Program-made: the position numbers and the translations under genes
Shown here: piece by piece, positions 18,693 to 31,914 of the stretch
Numbering within the stretch: position 1 is the stretch's first letter
Layout of the letters: each line of letters starts with the position of its first letter
DNA from: an uncultured Planctomycetia bacterium
Lineage (GTDB): Bacteria > Omnitrophota > Gorgyraeia > 2-02-FULL-51-18
NCBI GenBank assembly: GCA_964642015.1
Contig: CAZXLF010000007.1
Span: 75,964 to 139,963 of the forward strand
Reading direction: 5' to 3'
Length of the DNA stretch: 64,000 nt
The notes under the pieces: generated by a model
Database searches by the model: none
What the model was told of the DNA's origin: nothing
What the model saw: only the letters and a program-made list of their open reading frames with translations

Positions 18693-19831
18693 TGGAACGC
18701 ATTTATTAAATAATAGCACCCTGCACTTAAAACAGCGGCTAAAGGCAGGGTAATCAACCACGCTAAAAGAATTGAGCCGATCATTTTTCCGTTGGCACGT
18801 TTATTAATTAGACCAATCCCAAACAATGATCCACAAGAAACATGAGTGGTTGAGACGGGAAAGCCTAAACACGATGCCAGAATCACTAAAAACGCTGTGA
18901 CGAAGTTTGCAGTAAGACCTTGCCCAGGATTAATTGAAGTGATTTTATGAGACATTGTTTCGGCTACTTTCCTAGCACCAATAATTCCGCCAAAAGCCAT
19001 GAGAACAGCCACGAACGTAATATTAAATCCAAGCCCTAAAGTTCCAAACGCCACTGATAGCGCTACGATCTTTGGCGTGTCATTTAAGCCCCTAGCAAAA
19101 CTGACTGCGCCTGCACTTAAAAAATGGGTGTCATCTAAAATTTCTCGAATGGATACCCCGAATATTTTACCTGAATGCAATTCGGCTGATTTTGCTTGAC
19201 AAACTTCCCTCTCCCCGACAAAAACATCCATCTGAGGCAAAGTCAAAGTCGAAAAGGTAATTCCACCTGCCATTGCTAAACTCATTTGTGCTTTCTCGCC
19301 AGCACATACACACGATTCCCTGCTAATACCAGTAACTTTACCAGCCCAGCGAAAAAGAAAGTAAAAGATAAACGTAAGACCAAGGGCTAGGAGCGGACTT
19401 ATGACTAGTGGGATGAAGAAATTTTTTTTCAGTGCGGAAAAACCCAATCTTTCACCGACGGCAACAAAACCCGCTCCCACAAGGGCACCTGTCAAACTGT
19501 GGGTGGTCGAAATAGGACTTCCAATCCTTGAAGCTGTAAAAACAGTAAGTCCTGCTCCCAATATAACTGCTACCAGAAATGCTGGTTCCGCTATAACCAT
19601 ATCCGGCACAAGTCCTTTGCCACTAAAAGTCTTTACGAGTTTATCCGCCCAAAAATAAGCACAAAGCGATCCGAGTAGAGTAGTTGCTGTTGCCCATACA
19701 AGTGCTTTTTGATAACTGGCAATCCCACTGCCAAAAAGAGTGGCGACTCCTTTGAAGTTATCATTCGCACCATTGACATAAGCAATAAATAAAACGGTGC
19801 CAAAAACAAGAATCTCCCATAAACTAACCAT
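18620..19831 (-). CDS. Inorganic phosphate transporter, PiT family
   Basis: Two GANDxxxxxxxxxGS / GLNDTPK internal repeats typical of PHO4/PiT. Confidence 0.65.
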   Translation of the reverse strand: MVSLWEILVFGTVLFIAYVNGANDNFKGVATLFGSGIASYQKALVWATATTLLGSLCAYFWADKLVKTFSGKGLVPDMVIAEPAFLVAVILGAGLTVFTASRIGSPISTTHSLTGALVGAGFVAVGERLGFSALKKNFFIPLVISPLLALGLTFIFYFLFRWAGKVTGISRESCVCAGEKAQMSLAMAGGITFSTLTLPQMDVFVGEREVCQAKSAELHSGKIFGVSIREILDDTHFLSAGAVSFARGLNDTPKIVALSVAFGTLGLGFNITFVAVLMAFGGIIGARKVAETMSHKITSINPGQGLTANFVTAFLVILASCLGFPVSTTHVSCGSLFGIGLINKRANGKMIGSILLAWLITLPLAAVLSAGCYYLINAFHLFLIPKGSLLGVGFRLRHDRMTF

Positions 19832-20552
19832 TGTTATCCTTCAACGTTTCTGAAAACCAATTTTCTATTTCTTCTATGAACGGCTTTGAGAACTGTCTAT
19901 AAATCTCCTCGGCATGGGTTCCTTTTTCAAAGATTTTAATCTTTTTGGGCTGTTGTGCTTTTCCGTAAAGCGATTCGCTGTGTTTTGCACTTACGGTAGG
20001 ATCGTTAGTTGCATGAATAAAATAAATTGGGGCAGATATCGAAGAAATGACATCTAGTGGTTTTATTTTGTGAAGAAAAGGATTTCCCGGTCTTACACCT
20101 GCGCCCGGCTCAAGACCCTTCATTCCAAGTTTTATGGCGTCGATTGTCCACCATTTAAACTCGATCTTCTCGCTATCCATTGGAGAACTCACGCAAACAA
20201 TACTGTCGATATTTTTGAACTCTGCCTGTTCGATAATGGCAATAGATCCGCCATAGGAGAATCCCAACACTCCCACTTTTTTATAACGCTCCCGTGCATA
20301 ATCGATGACAGCTTTCAAATCTTCTTTCTCCAATGCAGAGAAAGTGTAAAGACCATCGGACTTGCCATGTCCTCTGAAATCCATAGAAATAACGTCAAAG
20401 TTTTTCTCTAAATCATGGGCGATGCGTGTAAAAGTGGGGGTAATTTTGCTTTGGAAAAATCCTGGGGCAATGACGATCGCTCTATCTTTTTCGGTCCTTA
20501 AATGATGGATTGAAATTTTAATTCCAGATGTGGTTTGGACAAATTTTTGCAC
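19824..20552 (-). CDS. Alpha/beta hydrolase (dienelactone hydrolase/S9-like)
   Basis: GFSYGG nucleophile elbow; HGKSDG. Confidence 0.7.
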   Translation of the reverse strand: MQKFVQTTSGIKISIHHLRTEKDRAIVIAPGFFQSKITPTFTRIAHDLEKNFDVISMDFRGHGKSDGLYTFSALEKEDLKAVIDYARERYKKVGVLGFSYGGSIAIIEQAEFKNIDSIVCVSSPMDSEKIEFKWWTIDAIKLGMKGLEPGAGVRPGNPFLHKIKPLDVISSISAPIYFIHATNDPTVSAKHSESLYGKAQQPKKIKIFEKGTHAEEIYRQFSKPFIEEIENWFSETLKDNNG

Positions 20553-20563
20553 CCAAACACCTC

Positions 20564-20905
20564 TTATCTAAACATTCTTCCACCATTAAGAACCAGCCAA
20601 CTGGCGCCGCAAGTAAGTCCTGACAATAAGAAAGTAACACCGAAAGCCGTTAAAATCCCTTTTAATGTTTCTTTTCGGTTTTTTCTCTTAGCCACGATTG
20701 AAAAAGGGATAACATATATTAATTGGAACAAAAAGACCCAACCTGCCCAGAACCATAAGATAATCGGTATTGTTTGGATAGCTCCGAAAAATCGCCTCGG
20801 CAAAGAGACTAAAATCGACAAAGCCAAAGGAATAACTAAAAATATTACGTGGCCCCAAAGAACCTGAGTGATACCGACAGACATTTTGTCATTTTCGTCA
20901 TTCAT
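20564..20905 (-). CDS. Hypothetical membrane protein
   Basis: 3 TM helices; contiguous with the radical SAM gene. Confidence 0.45.
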   Translation of the reverse strand: MNDENDKMSVGITQVLWGHVIFLVIPLALSILVSLPRRFFGAIQTIPIILWFWAGWVFLFQLIYVIPFSIVAKRKNRKETLKGILTAFGVTFLLSGLTCGASWLVLNGGRMFR

Positions 20906-22315
20906 TTATTTTTGCTTTTCAATCGCGCTTTCAGCCAAAGAAGCGACGTTTATTTTATTGTCTCGGTAGAAAATGTTGTATGTATCAAACGGAATTATTC
21001 TTCCGTCTGGATGAACGATGTGTACACATGACCGCTTAACTGATCTCACATCGAAGTTGTACGGGTCCAAAAATTCCATGATTGTCAGACGAAAAATGTT
21101 ATCGTAAGAGAGGCCTGGCGCGGCAACCTTCGGAAGACAACATAAAAGATCGTGCACGGCATGAGAAGACGATTTGGGGGAATGGTTTAAAGAAAATAGG
21201 CTAAAAACCTTTTCTTTAATGTTGGGTTGCTGCTCATAAAGAATGGTGTTTCTATAATCTTTTAGGAGAATTTGAGGATCCATAAGACCCGTGAGCGGCA
21301 CTACTTTTTCGTCCAATTTAACAGCATAGGCCATAGCAATGCAGTCGGGATGACACGGGACAGGAATAATATCTTCTGGTTTGAATACTGAGGATTGATT
21401 CAAAATCTGTTGCCTGATTTCTGTTAATGTAAGTCGGTCTTTTGCAGGATCAAATTGCTGCAATCGGCCTGCAACTTGAATAGGTTGAAACGTTACGCCT
21501 CGAACACATCGTTGTTTCATAGCAAAATCAATGATTTTTCCGATTTCGTTGTCATTCAATCCTTTTTTGACTGTCACGACCAAATTGGTAGAAATATTGA
21601 ATTCATTTAAATGCTCAAGCGCCTTAAATCTTACCGTTCTTAAATCCAGCCCTCTGATTTCCTCCAGATGATTTTTCTCCATACTGTCGAATTGAAGATA
21701 AATCTCTAAGCCGGGCATGTAATTTCTAAGCCGTTTACAAAACTCTTTGTCCTGTGAAATTCTCATTCCGTTTGTGTTAATCATGAGATGTCTAATTGGT
21801 TTGGTTTTTGCCAAGTCCAGCACTTCAAAGAAATCGGGATGAATAGTCGGTTCACCACCGCTTAATTGCACGATATCAGGTTCGCCCTCGTTCTTGACAA
21901 GCTCATCCATCATGAATTCAATTTCCTGAAGAGAACGGTGGCGGCCATTTGTAGGAGAAGACTCTGCATAACAAATCGGACATTGAAGATTGCAGCGATC
22001 CGTTATCTCAATTAGTGTTAGACAGCTATGTTGTTCATGATCTGGGCAAAGCCCGCAATCATAAGGACATCCGTGAACTGTCGCTGTATTAAATCTCTTC
22101 GGCAACTGACCAGGTTTTAGAAAAGCTCGGCACTTTTTGTAATACTCAATATCTGTCGAGATTAAGACTTTTTCAGTTGTGTGTTCCAAGCAATTCTTTA
22201 ATAAATAGACTTTCGCATCTTCAAAAATAATCTTTGCCTCAACTTTTTTCAGACATTTAGTGCATAGGCTGTTTGTCAATTCATAAAAAATATAAGATCT
22301 TTCGGTGATATTCAT
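20906..22315 (-). CDS. Cys-rich radical SAM enzyme with an N-terminal Zn-ribbon/auxiliary-cluster region
   Basis: CNLQCPICYA (CxxxCxxC) radical SAM motif. Extra Cys clusters: CTKC..C..H, HGCPYDCGLCPDHEQHSC, CHPDC, CC. 469 aa. Confidence 0.8.
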   Translation of the reverse strand: MNITERSYIFYELTNSLCTKCLKKVEAKIIFEDAKVYLLKNCLEHTTEKVLISTDIEYYKKCRAFLKPGQLPKRFNTATVHGCPYDCGLCPDHEQHSCLTLIEITDRCNLQCPICYAESSPTNGRHRSLQEIEFMMDELVKNEGEPDIVQLSGGEPTIHPDFFEVLDLAKTKPIRHLMINTNGMRISQDKEFCKRLRNYMPGLEIYLQFDSMEKNHLEEIRGLDLRTVRFKALEHLNEFNISTNLVVTVKKGLNDNEIGKIIDFAMKQRCVRGVTFQPIQVAGRLQQFDPAKDRLTLTEIRQQILNQSSVFKPEDIIPVPCHPDCIAMAYAVKLDEKVVPLTGLMDPQILLKDYRNTILYEQQPNIKEKVFSLFSLNHSPKSSSHAVHDLLCCLPKVAAPGLSYDNIFRLTIMEFLDPYNFDVRSVKRSCVHIVHPDGRIIPFDTYNIFYRDNKINVASLAESAIEKQK

Positions 22316-23049
22316 TGAACTTCCTTTCTGGTATAGGCGAATTGAAACATGGGCTTGATGGATCGCACTATGACCAATAATCCAATAATGGCTATCACTT
22401 GGACAATATCCATTCCGAAGTAAAAACGTGGGGTTGGTTTTATGAACTCGACAAAAAACCGAAACGTTAAATACCCAATCATGAAGAACTTAAAAATATC
22501 TCCTTGAGAAAAAGGGTATTTTTTTCGAATTAGGATGAAAGAAAGCAGAACAAGCATGAAAAGGATCTCGTAGACTTGGGTAGGGTGCCGGGTAATACCG
22601 TCGCCAAAATCAAACCCCCATGGAAGACTAGTGGGCAAACCATATGTTTTGTCATAAAACCCTGTCACAAAACAGCCGATCCTTCCGATAATAATTCCAA
22701 TGATAAGCGGTATGACAAATATATCTCCTGTTGGAGTGCTTAAGCCGATCATTTTCTTAGTAATTTCTACGCCCAACCAACCTCCTGTTAAGGCTCCTAC
22801 AATTCCTTTTCCTGCAATGAGCTGATGCATATCGGATAGATTAAGCATAAACGATATGGGATCATCAAACCAAACAACCAATTTTGAACCCAGCGCAGCT
22901 CCTAAGATGCCGCCGGCGATGACCCAATTTCTTTGGGATGATTCAATAGAATCCTTTTTTCGCATCCATAAGAAAACTCTAAATCCAACAAAATAAGCGA
23001 GAGCTTCAAAAATCATGTGGTATATTGGTGGAAACATCCCGAGCCTCAT
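22312..23049 (-). CDS. lgt: Prolipoprotein diacylglyceryl transferase family protein
   Basis: Lgt hallmarks: N-terminal HMIFEALAYFVGF, signature GRIGCFVTG, C-terminal HPTQVYE. Start overlaps the radical SAM stop (ATGA). Confidence 0.7.
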   Translation of the reverse strand: MRLGMFPPIYHMIFEALAYFVGFRVFLWMRKKDSIESSQRNWVIAGGILGAALGSKLVVWFDDPISFMLNLSDMHQLIAGKGIVGALTGGWLGVEITKKMIGLSTPTGDIFVIPLIIGIIIGRIGCFVTGFYDKTYGLPTSLPWGFDFGDGITRHPTQVYEILFMLVLLSFILIRKKYPFSQGDIFKFFMIGYLTFRFFVEFIKPTPRFYFGMDIVQVIAIIGLLVIVRSIKPMFQFAYTRKEVQ

Positions 23050-23579
23050 GCTGTCTCCTTTTTTGCTAAAAGGTATTTAATAAAATAAAACCCTTCGAAC
23101 AATAACAAGAATAGAGTAATACCGGCGGTTACAAATCCTTGGATAATGAATTGCCTAGGCATATCAAGAATGTGGAAAGATAACGTTGCACCCTGATGGA
23201 TTACTTTACCCGACTCAATCAGAGCAACAATCAGAATCGCACCGCTTATAAACATGCTCAGCATGTGGACGAGATATTCAAACGGAGGTAATCCTCCGAG
23301 CGAAGACCTACTTTGCGGTTCGAGATACACATCAATCAACGAATTAATAAAATCTAGTATTAATAAGGCAGGTAACATAATGGCGTAAGCTCCTTTTGGC
23401 TGGGCAAACAAAATCCAGAGAATGATACAAAAGAAAAGAAAGGTACGAACAAGGTGTGTTAGGTGTTCTAAGCGGCTAGTAGTTCGTTTATAGATTTTGA
23501 ACTTATAAATGTGGAAATAAATAACGTCCGCGCTTCCCAGAAGGGCATAAAAACATAAAAGAAAAAATAATATAATCAT
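23046..23579 (-). CDS. Hypothetical polytopic membrane protein
   Basis: 5 TM helices; 4-nt overlaps on both sides. Confidence 0.5.
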   Translation of the reverse strand: MIILFFLLCFYALLGSADVIYFHIYKFKIYKRTTSRLEHLTHLVRTFLFFCIILWILFAQPKGAYAIMLPALLILDFINSLIDVYLEPQSRSSLGGLPPFEYLVHMLSMFISGAILIVALIESGKVIHQGATLSFHILDMPRQFIIQGFVTAGITLFLLLFEGFYFIKYLLAKKETA

Positions 23580-24301
23580 TCGGATACCTTCTCATCTAAA
23601 TTTCTCACATGTTTAGCCGGCATACCCGCAAAAAGAGTTTTTTCAGAAACCATCGTATTTTTAGGCAGTACAGATCTCGCGGCAATCAAGGCTCCGCTTC
23701 CGATAGACGCGCCGGGCATAATGACAGCGCCTAATCCAATGGTTACTTTTTTGCCAATCACTGTCTTCTTGAGTTTTAGTTTCCCATGTTCGGCTAAATG
23801 GCCAATCAAGACTGCATCACCGCCAATGACAGAATCATCTCCAATCTCAAGAAGCGATACGTCAGCAAGTCCCTTAGTATTTATCTGAACTCGTCTACCT
23901 ATTTTGGCGCCCATTAAGCGATAATAAAGCGGGAGAAAAGGTGTAAGCCTCATGAAATCCATGAACGTCAGATTCACAATGAGCATCATCGCATTTACAA
24001 ATGCCCATTTGGTTCCCTCTAAAGAGAAAAAATTGTATTCTCCTTCTTGAAGTTTCAGATTTAAGACAAATCGTAATACAACGGTCTCCACAGACAGAGT
24101 CAAACCGAAAAGAAAATATCCAAATCCAAGACCGCCTGCCAAGATCGAGGACTTAAGAAAAAGATGGGTTGGATTTATCATTTGCCAAAGATAAAGTGTT
24201 AAGTATATAGGCGGAATAATGGCAATCGTCAAAATGACCGCGCCAAGAAAATACATTGAAAGCGTAAAGAGATATTGAAGAAGCGTTGCGTATTGCTTCA
24301 T
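23576..24301 (-). CDS. Membrane-anchored hexapeptide-repeat (LbH) acyltransferase; the track's longer N-terminal extension is rejected
   Basis: 2-3 N-terminal TM helices, then C-terminal hexapeptide repeats (GAKIGRRVQI...IGGDAVLIG...IGLGAVIMPGASIGSGALIAA). Confidence 0.65.
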   Translation of the reverse strand: MKQYATLLQYLFTLSMYFLGAVILTIAIIPPIYLTLYLWQMINPTHLFLKSSILAGGLGFGYFLFGLTLSVETVVLRFVLNLKLQEGEYNFFSLEGTKWAFVNAMMLIVNLTFMDFMRLTPFLPLYYRLMGAKIGRRVQINTKGLADVSLLEIGDDSVIGGDAVLIGHLAEHGKLKLKKTVIGKKVTIGLGAVIMPGASIGSGALIAARSVLPKNTMVSEKTLFAGMPAKHVRNLDEKVSE

Positions 24302-24314
24302 AGCGTATAATTCC

Positions 24315-24551
24315 TCAGAAAAGTTTTGGCAATCCCCAGAATTTCCCGCATAAACCCCAAAACAACAACAGAAATAATCCAATTGTCGATAGAAAAATAG
24401 ATAAATCTCTCTTCCAAGTTGATTTCTTTGGTTTCTCTGGCATTGGAACTGGATGGTATTCACCTTCTTTAAATTCCAAATCTTGACTGCAATAAAGACA
24501 GACTTTCCATGTATCATCAAAAACCTTATTGCATTTGTTACATACTCTCAT
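24315..24551 (-). CDS. Small Zn-ribbon plus single-TM protein
   Basis: CNKC...CLYC ribbon, then a hydrophobic helix. Confidence 0.45.
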   Translation of the reverse strand: MRVCNKCNKVFDDTWKVCLYCSQDLEFKEGEYHPVPMPEKPKKSTWKRDLSIFLSTIGLFLLLFWGLCGKFWGLPKLF

Positions 24552-24575
24552 GCTAAGACCTCCGATTTTTCGTTC

Positions 24576-25037
24576 TCAAATGTTCCGCCTTAAACGATCC
24601 AGACCTGCTACGGTTCTCCTAACATCCGCATCGGGCAACGACACGATTTCATTCACTTTCCTCTTATAAACAGGCCATGCTTTCACTAAAAGGTCAGAAC
24701 CTTTTCTAGTGATCTTAATTAAATTGACCCTTCGGTCTTCTGTGTCGGCCACTCTTTCAACCCAGCCTTCTTTTTCGAGTCGGTCAATCAGACGTGTGAT
24801 ATTGCCCGCCGTTACAATCATTCGTTGGCTGATATCCACCTGAGATAGACCTTTCTCTTTACCGACGTGTTTAATCATTAGAAGCGCATTCATCTTTACA
24901 GCACTTAGACCAAACGAATCTAAAACTTTTTCGATTTCTTTCTCAATAAGAACATAGGATAAGGCAAGATTATAAAGAAGCTCTTCCCTTAATCTGTCTT
25001 TACCATCTCTAATCCCTAACTCACTGAAAATGGACAT
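24576..25037 (-). CDS. MarR-family transcriptional regulator (start at the internal Met with an SD)
   Basis: Winged-HTH MarR pattern (LSQVDISQRMIVTAGNITRLIDRLEKEGWVER). Confidence 0.75.
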   Translation of the reverse strand: MSIFSELGIRDGKDRLREELLYNLALSYVLIEKEIEKVLDSFGLSAVKMNALLMIKHVGKEKGLSQVDISQRMIVTAGNITRLIDRLEKEGWVERVADTEDRRVNLIKITRKGSDLLVKAWPVYKRKVNEIVSLPDADVRRTVAGLDRLRRNI

Positions 25038-25170
25038 TTGGTTTTCCTTTAAATATAGTTTACATAGCAACTATTAATAAATCAAGTTATTTGTCATTTG
25101 TCAGTTGGAGATGAGGATCCCCGTTACAAGCGCAAAACTCGTAACGAGATAGGTTTTTGTTTGAATAAAA

Positions 25171-25248
25171 TGGCGACCCCAACGGGATTCGAACCCGTGT
25201 CATCACCGTGAAAGGGTGATGTCCTAAGCCAGGCTAGACGATGGGGTC
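25171..25248 (-). tRNA. tRNA-Glu (UUC), CCA encoded
   Basis: Reverse complement GACCCCATCGTCTAGCCTGGCTTAGGACATCACCCTTTCACGGTGATGACACGGGTTCGAATCCCGTTGGGGTCGCCA folds as a cloverleaf with anticodon loop CTTTCAC. Confidence 0.85.
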
Positions 25249-25255
25249 AAAAGGA

Positions 25256-27745
25256 TTACTTGGTTTCTTTTTCTTTGGATTCTTCGGCAGAGCCCTCATC
25301 CTCGGGCTCCACTTTGGCGATCGTAACGACTTTGTCGTTGGCTTTCTTAAGATTGATGAGGCGAACGCCCTGCGCGACACGGCCTGTCTCACGGATATCT
25401 TTCACCGAACAACGTACGACCATACCGGCTTGCGTCATGATCATGAGATCATCTTTATCGGTAACACATTTCAGTCCGACGACGCGGCCGTTCTTGTCGG
25501 TCACTTTGATATTCGTGACGCCTTTTCCTCCGCGCGAAGTCACGCGGTATTCGCTGATCTCAGAGCGCTTGCCAAAACCTTTTTCAGTCACAGATAATAG
25601 CGTCGCATTTTTATTCACCACTTCCATGCCAATCAGAAAATCTTTGGATTCAAGACTGATGCCACGAACTCCGCCCGCTGCGCGTCCCATGCTGCGGACT
25701 AGATTCTCAGGAAAACGAATCGCTTTTCCATTGTGAGTGGCCAAAAATATTTCCTGTTCGCCGTCGGTGAGCTCCGCTTCGATGAGCTCATCTTTGGCAT
25801 CAAGTCCTATCGCGACAATACCGCTGCGGCGTGTGTTTTCAAAATCAGTAAGCTCACATTTCTTGATCTGTCCCAAACGCGTAGCCATCGCCAGATATTT
25901 GCCTTCCTCAAATTTCCGCACCGGAATATAAGAGGTAACTTTCTCGCCTTGAGATAACGAAACGAAATTGGCGATGAATTTGCCTTTCGATATACGACTG
26001 GCTTGAGGGATCTCATGCACCTTCAATACAAATACCTTTCCTTTGGAAGTGAATAAAAGAAGATTATCGTGCGTTGAGGCAATAAAAAGATGTTCGACAA
26101 AATCTTCCTCGGCGCCTCCGGAACCAACACCCACGCCTCCACGCTTTTGTTTGCGGTAAGTCGTGACCGGCAGGCGCTTCACATACCCCTGATGGCTGAT
26201 CGTCACCACCACATCTTCTTCGGCGATCAGATCCTCGACATCAAGCTCTACATCGACACTCTTTGAGATCTCGGTCCTGCGGTCATCACCGTATTTTTCT
26301 TTAAGTTTCAAAAGTTCTTCTTTGATGATCTCAAGCACCTTCTTTTCGGACTTGAGCACCGATTCAAAATACTCGATCTTCTTGAGAAGTTCCTTAAATT
26401 CCTCTTCTAGCTTATGGATTTCAAGACCGGTCAGCTTTTGAAGCTGCATTTCGAGAATGGCCTGCGCTTGCTTATCTGAAAATTCAAAATCCTCGATCAA
26501 CGCCGCTTTAGCTTCGGCCGGTGTTTTGGATTTGCGGATCGTCTTGATGACCTTATCCAGAATATCGACGGCTTTCTTCAAACCCTCGACGATATGCGCG
26601 CGGTCTTTGGCTTTTTCTAGATCAAACTTTGTGCGGCGGATAATGATATCTTTGCGATGGCGAATGTATTCGTGGATAATTTCCTTTAATTTCAAGACCC
26701 TCGGAGAACCGTCCACCAGCGCGAGAAAGATGATGCCGAACGTGGTCTGCATCTGAGTGTGTTTATAAAGCTGATTCAATACGATCTGCGCATTGGCGTC
26801 GCGCTTGAGATCGATCACCAGACGCATGCCCTCTTTGTCCGATTCATCGCGCACATCGGAAATACCTTCGATCTTTTTCTCATTCACAAGCTCGGCAATG
26901 TTTTCGATCAGATTGGCTTTATTGACCTGGTAAGGAATTTCACTGATGATGATCGCCTGTTTTCCGCCCTTCAATTCCTCGATCCCTGCTTTGGCTCTGA
27001 TCTTAAGAAGCCCGCGGCCTGTCTCATACGCGGATTTCAAACCCTCCGTACCGCAGATCATGGCTCCCGTCGGAAAATCAGGTCCTTTGATATGCTTCAT
27101 CAGATCCTTTGTCTGGATCTCGGGATCTTCAAGCTGAGCAACAATCGCATCGGCTACTTCATTTAAATTATGGGGAGGGATATTCGTCGCCATACCGACT
27201 GCTATACCGCTCGAGCCGTTGCATAAAAGATTGGGAAGCGTCGCGGGAAGAAGCGTCGGTTCTTCCAATGTTTCGTCAAAATTGGGAGCAAAATTTACGG
27301 TGTTTTTTTCGATGTCACTGAGGATCGTATCCGTGATACCGGCAAGACGCGCTTCGGTATAACGCATCGCGGCCGCTGAATCTCCATCGACTGAACCAAA
27401 ATTACCCTGTCCGTCGACCAACGGATACCTAAGAGAAAAATCCTGAACCATGCGCACCAGCGTGTCGTACACAGCCACGTCTCCGTGCGGGTGGTATTTA
27501 CCAAGCACTTCTCCGACGATACGCGCGCATTTCTTGTAGGAGCGGCTGTGGTCCAAACCCAGCTCTTTCATCGCAAAAAGAATGCGGCGATGGACGGGTT
27601 TCAAACCATCTCTTACATCAGGCAATGCGCGTCCAACAATGACGCTCATCGCGTAATTAAGGTAGGAAGTTTTCATTTCCTGTTCGATAAAAACAGGATT
27701 TACTTTTTCATTACGGGTATAAATATTTTCAGTTTTATCTGCCAT
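25256..27745 (-). CDS. gyrA: DNA gyrase subunit A
   Basis: 829 aa; the N-terminal region contains conserved GyrA motifs ([33 protein letters not shown]); C-terminal beta-pinwheel repeats. Confidence 0.95.
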   Translation of the reverse strand: MADKTENIYTRNEKVNPVFIEQEMKTSYLNYAMSVIVGRALPDVRDGLKPVHRRILFAMKELGLDHSRSYKKCARIVGEVLGKYHPHGDVAVYDTLVRMVQDFSLRYPLVDGQGNFGSVDGDSAAAMRYTEARLAGITDTILSDIEKNTVNFAPNFDETLEEPTLLPATLPNLLCNGSSGIAVGMATNIPPHNLNEVADAIVAQLEDPEIQTKDLMKHIKGPDFPTGAMICGTEGLKSAYETGRGLLKIRAKAGIEELKGGKQAIIISEIPYQVNKANLIENIAELVNEKKIEGISDVRDESDKEGMRLVIDLKRDANAQIVLNQLYKHTQMQTTFGIIFLALVDGSPRVLKLKEIIHEYIRHRKDIIIRRTKFDLEKAKDRAHIVEGLKKAVDILDKVIKTIRKSKTPAEAKAALIEDFEFSDKQAQAILEMQLQKLTGLEIHKLEEEFKELLKKIEYFESVLKSEKKVLEIIKEELLKLKEKYGDDRRTEISKSVDVELDVEDLIAEEDVVVTISHQGYVKRLPVTTYRKQKRGGVGVGSGGAEEDFVEHLFIASTHDNLLLFTSKGKVFVLKVHEIPQASRISKGKFIANFVSLSQGEKVTSYIPVRKFEEGKYLAMATRLGQIKKCELTDFENTRRSGIVAIGLDAKDELIEAELTDGEQEIFLATHNGKAIRFPENLVRSMGRAAGGVRGISLESKDFLIGMEVVNKNATLLSVTEKGFGKRSEISEYRVTSRGGKGVTNIKVTDKNGRVVGLKCVTDKDDLMIMTQAGMVVRCSVKDIRETGRVAQGVRLINLKKANDKVVTIAKVEPEDEGSAEESKEKETK

Positions 27746-27748
27746 TTT

Positions 27749-30319
<2,571 letters not shown>

Positions 30320-30625
30320 TTAGAACTCCCCTATTCTAAAATGAATTTCAGAGATTCTATCCTTTCCGAGCTTTCTTTTCAATCCTTTTAAGATATCCCG
30401 TTTGCGCATCGAAAGCTCCTGCATCCAAGCTGAGTTATCGACTCGTATACTCAAAACCTTGTTCCGGATAGCTGTTGGTCTTGAATGTTTGAAACCATTC
30501 TCACCAACAAGTTCTTTCCAGAACGATTCCATAGATTCGCTGGATGGATTGGTTGATCCCTCCAATCTTGCGAAAACATTTTGAATAACCTCGCTTATCG
30601 GAGAGACCTTTGAACCTTTTGCCAT
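30320..30625 (-). CDS. DUF721-domain protein in the conserved dnaN-gyrB slot
   Basis: 101 aa; the position and size are typical of DUF721 proteins. Confidence 0.6.
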   Translation of the reverse strand: MAKGSKVSPISEVIQNVFARLEGSTNPSSESMESFWKELVGENGFKHSRPTAIRNKVLSIRVDNSAWMQELSMRKRDILKGLKRKLGKDRISEIHFRIGEF

Positions 30626-30649
30626 TGCGGATATGGGTGGTATCGCGGA

Positions 30650-31759
30650 TTAACTCACCTGCATCGGCAGCACAATGTATGTATAATCTTCGCCACTTTT
30701 AATGACGGCCGGTTTTTCAGGATCTATAAATCCAAACTGAACATTCTCATCACCAACATTCTTCAATACATCAATAAGAAAAGTTGGGTTGAAGCCGATC
30801 GCTAGCTCGCCTCCTTTATAATCCACTTCAAGCTCTTCACGCACCTCGCCAAGATCAGGTGTATTCTTAGTGATGATCATTCGGTCTTTAATGATATTTA
30901 TCTTCACTGATTGAGAATCTTGGTTTGTTAATATACTCGCGCGTCTTGTCGCTTGTAAAAAATCCTGAGTATTTATCTTTAATTCCTCTTTCGTTTTTTT
31001 AGGGATAACTTGCTCATAATTCGGGTATTCCCCCTCTATTAAACGGGAAATAATAGTCACCTGACCAAGATTGATTTGAAGTTGGTTCTCTTTAAAATAA
31101 AAAACCACATCACCTTCTTCAAGAAGATTTCGATTTAACTCTTGGATTGTTTTCATAGGAACTATCACATCCTTTTTAACATTACCAATCTCCTGAATCT
31201 CTTTTTCTATAATCGCCAGTCTCCTACCATCAGTTGCTACAAGTTTTAACGCCTTATCTTTAAAACTAAATAGTATCCCATTTAATACATAACGGGATTC
31301 ATCATGGCTCATCGCAAAAGAAGTAAGTTGAATCATACTCTTTAAAAGTCTTTGAGGTATCTTCACTAAATCTACGCTTTTCACGGTATGCGGGAAATTG
31401 GGAAGTTGAGGGAAATCCTCCTTTAAAAGTCCCATTAAACGAAAATAACTTTTATCTGCCTCAATTTGAATTGATTGACCTTTTTTTACAGAGACTGTTA
31501 TCTCGGTTTGATTTGAAAGTTCTTTAATAATTTCACTAAACTTTCTAGCAGGTACTGTTATTGATCCCTCTTCCAAAACATCCCCTTTAACAACTGCAAC
31601 AACCCCAATTTCAAGATCAGTAGCAGTTAACCTAATCTCTTGTTTTTGAGCTTCTACTAATATATGAGATAAAATTGGAAGTGTACTTTTTGTACTAACA
31701 GCGTTTTGTACCACTTGAATACCCTTTAACAATTCATCCTTTAATATTTTTATTTTCAT
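30650..31759 (-). CDS. dnaN: DNA polymerase III beta sliding clamp
   Basis: 369 aa; three-domain clamp pattern; located between dnaA and gyrB. Confidence 0.9.
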   Translation of the reverse strand: MKIKILKDELLKGIQVVQNAVSTKSTLPILSHILVEAQKQEIRLTATDLEIGVVAVVKGDVLEEGSITVPARKFSEIIKELSNQTEITVSVKKGQSIQIEADKSYFRLMGLLKEDFPQLPNFPHTVKSVDLVKIPQRLLKSMIQLTSFAMSHDESRYVLNGILFSFKDKALKLVATDGRRLAIIEKEIQEIGNVKKDVIVPMKTIQELNRNLLEEGDVVFYFKENQLQINLGQVTIISRLIEGEYPNYEQVIPKKTKEELKINTQDFLQATRRASILTNQDSQSVKINIIKDRMIITKNTPDLGEVREELEVDYKGGELAIGFNPTFLIDVLKNVGDENVQFGFIDPEKPAVIKSGEDYTYIVLPMQVS

Positions 31760-31914
31760 AGTTATTCACTCCATTGTTATTATTTATCTTTTATAAATCA
31801 AAAACAGTCATAGTAGTAATAGCTTGAATAATGGTATTAGTCCCTAACTTTAATATTTAAAACAACTTACAAATTAACAACTTGTGTATAACTATTCACT
31901 TATCCACAGTTTGT

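Noticed and set aside
23576-24520. 314-aa form of the LbH acyltransferase
   Set aside because: The N-terminal 73 codons are low-complexity (QRNQRNQ, CCC) and overlap the Zn-ribbon ORF. The internal Met at 24301 starts directly with TM helices.
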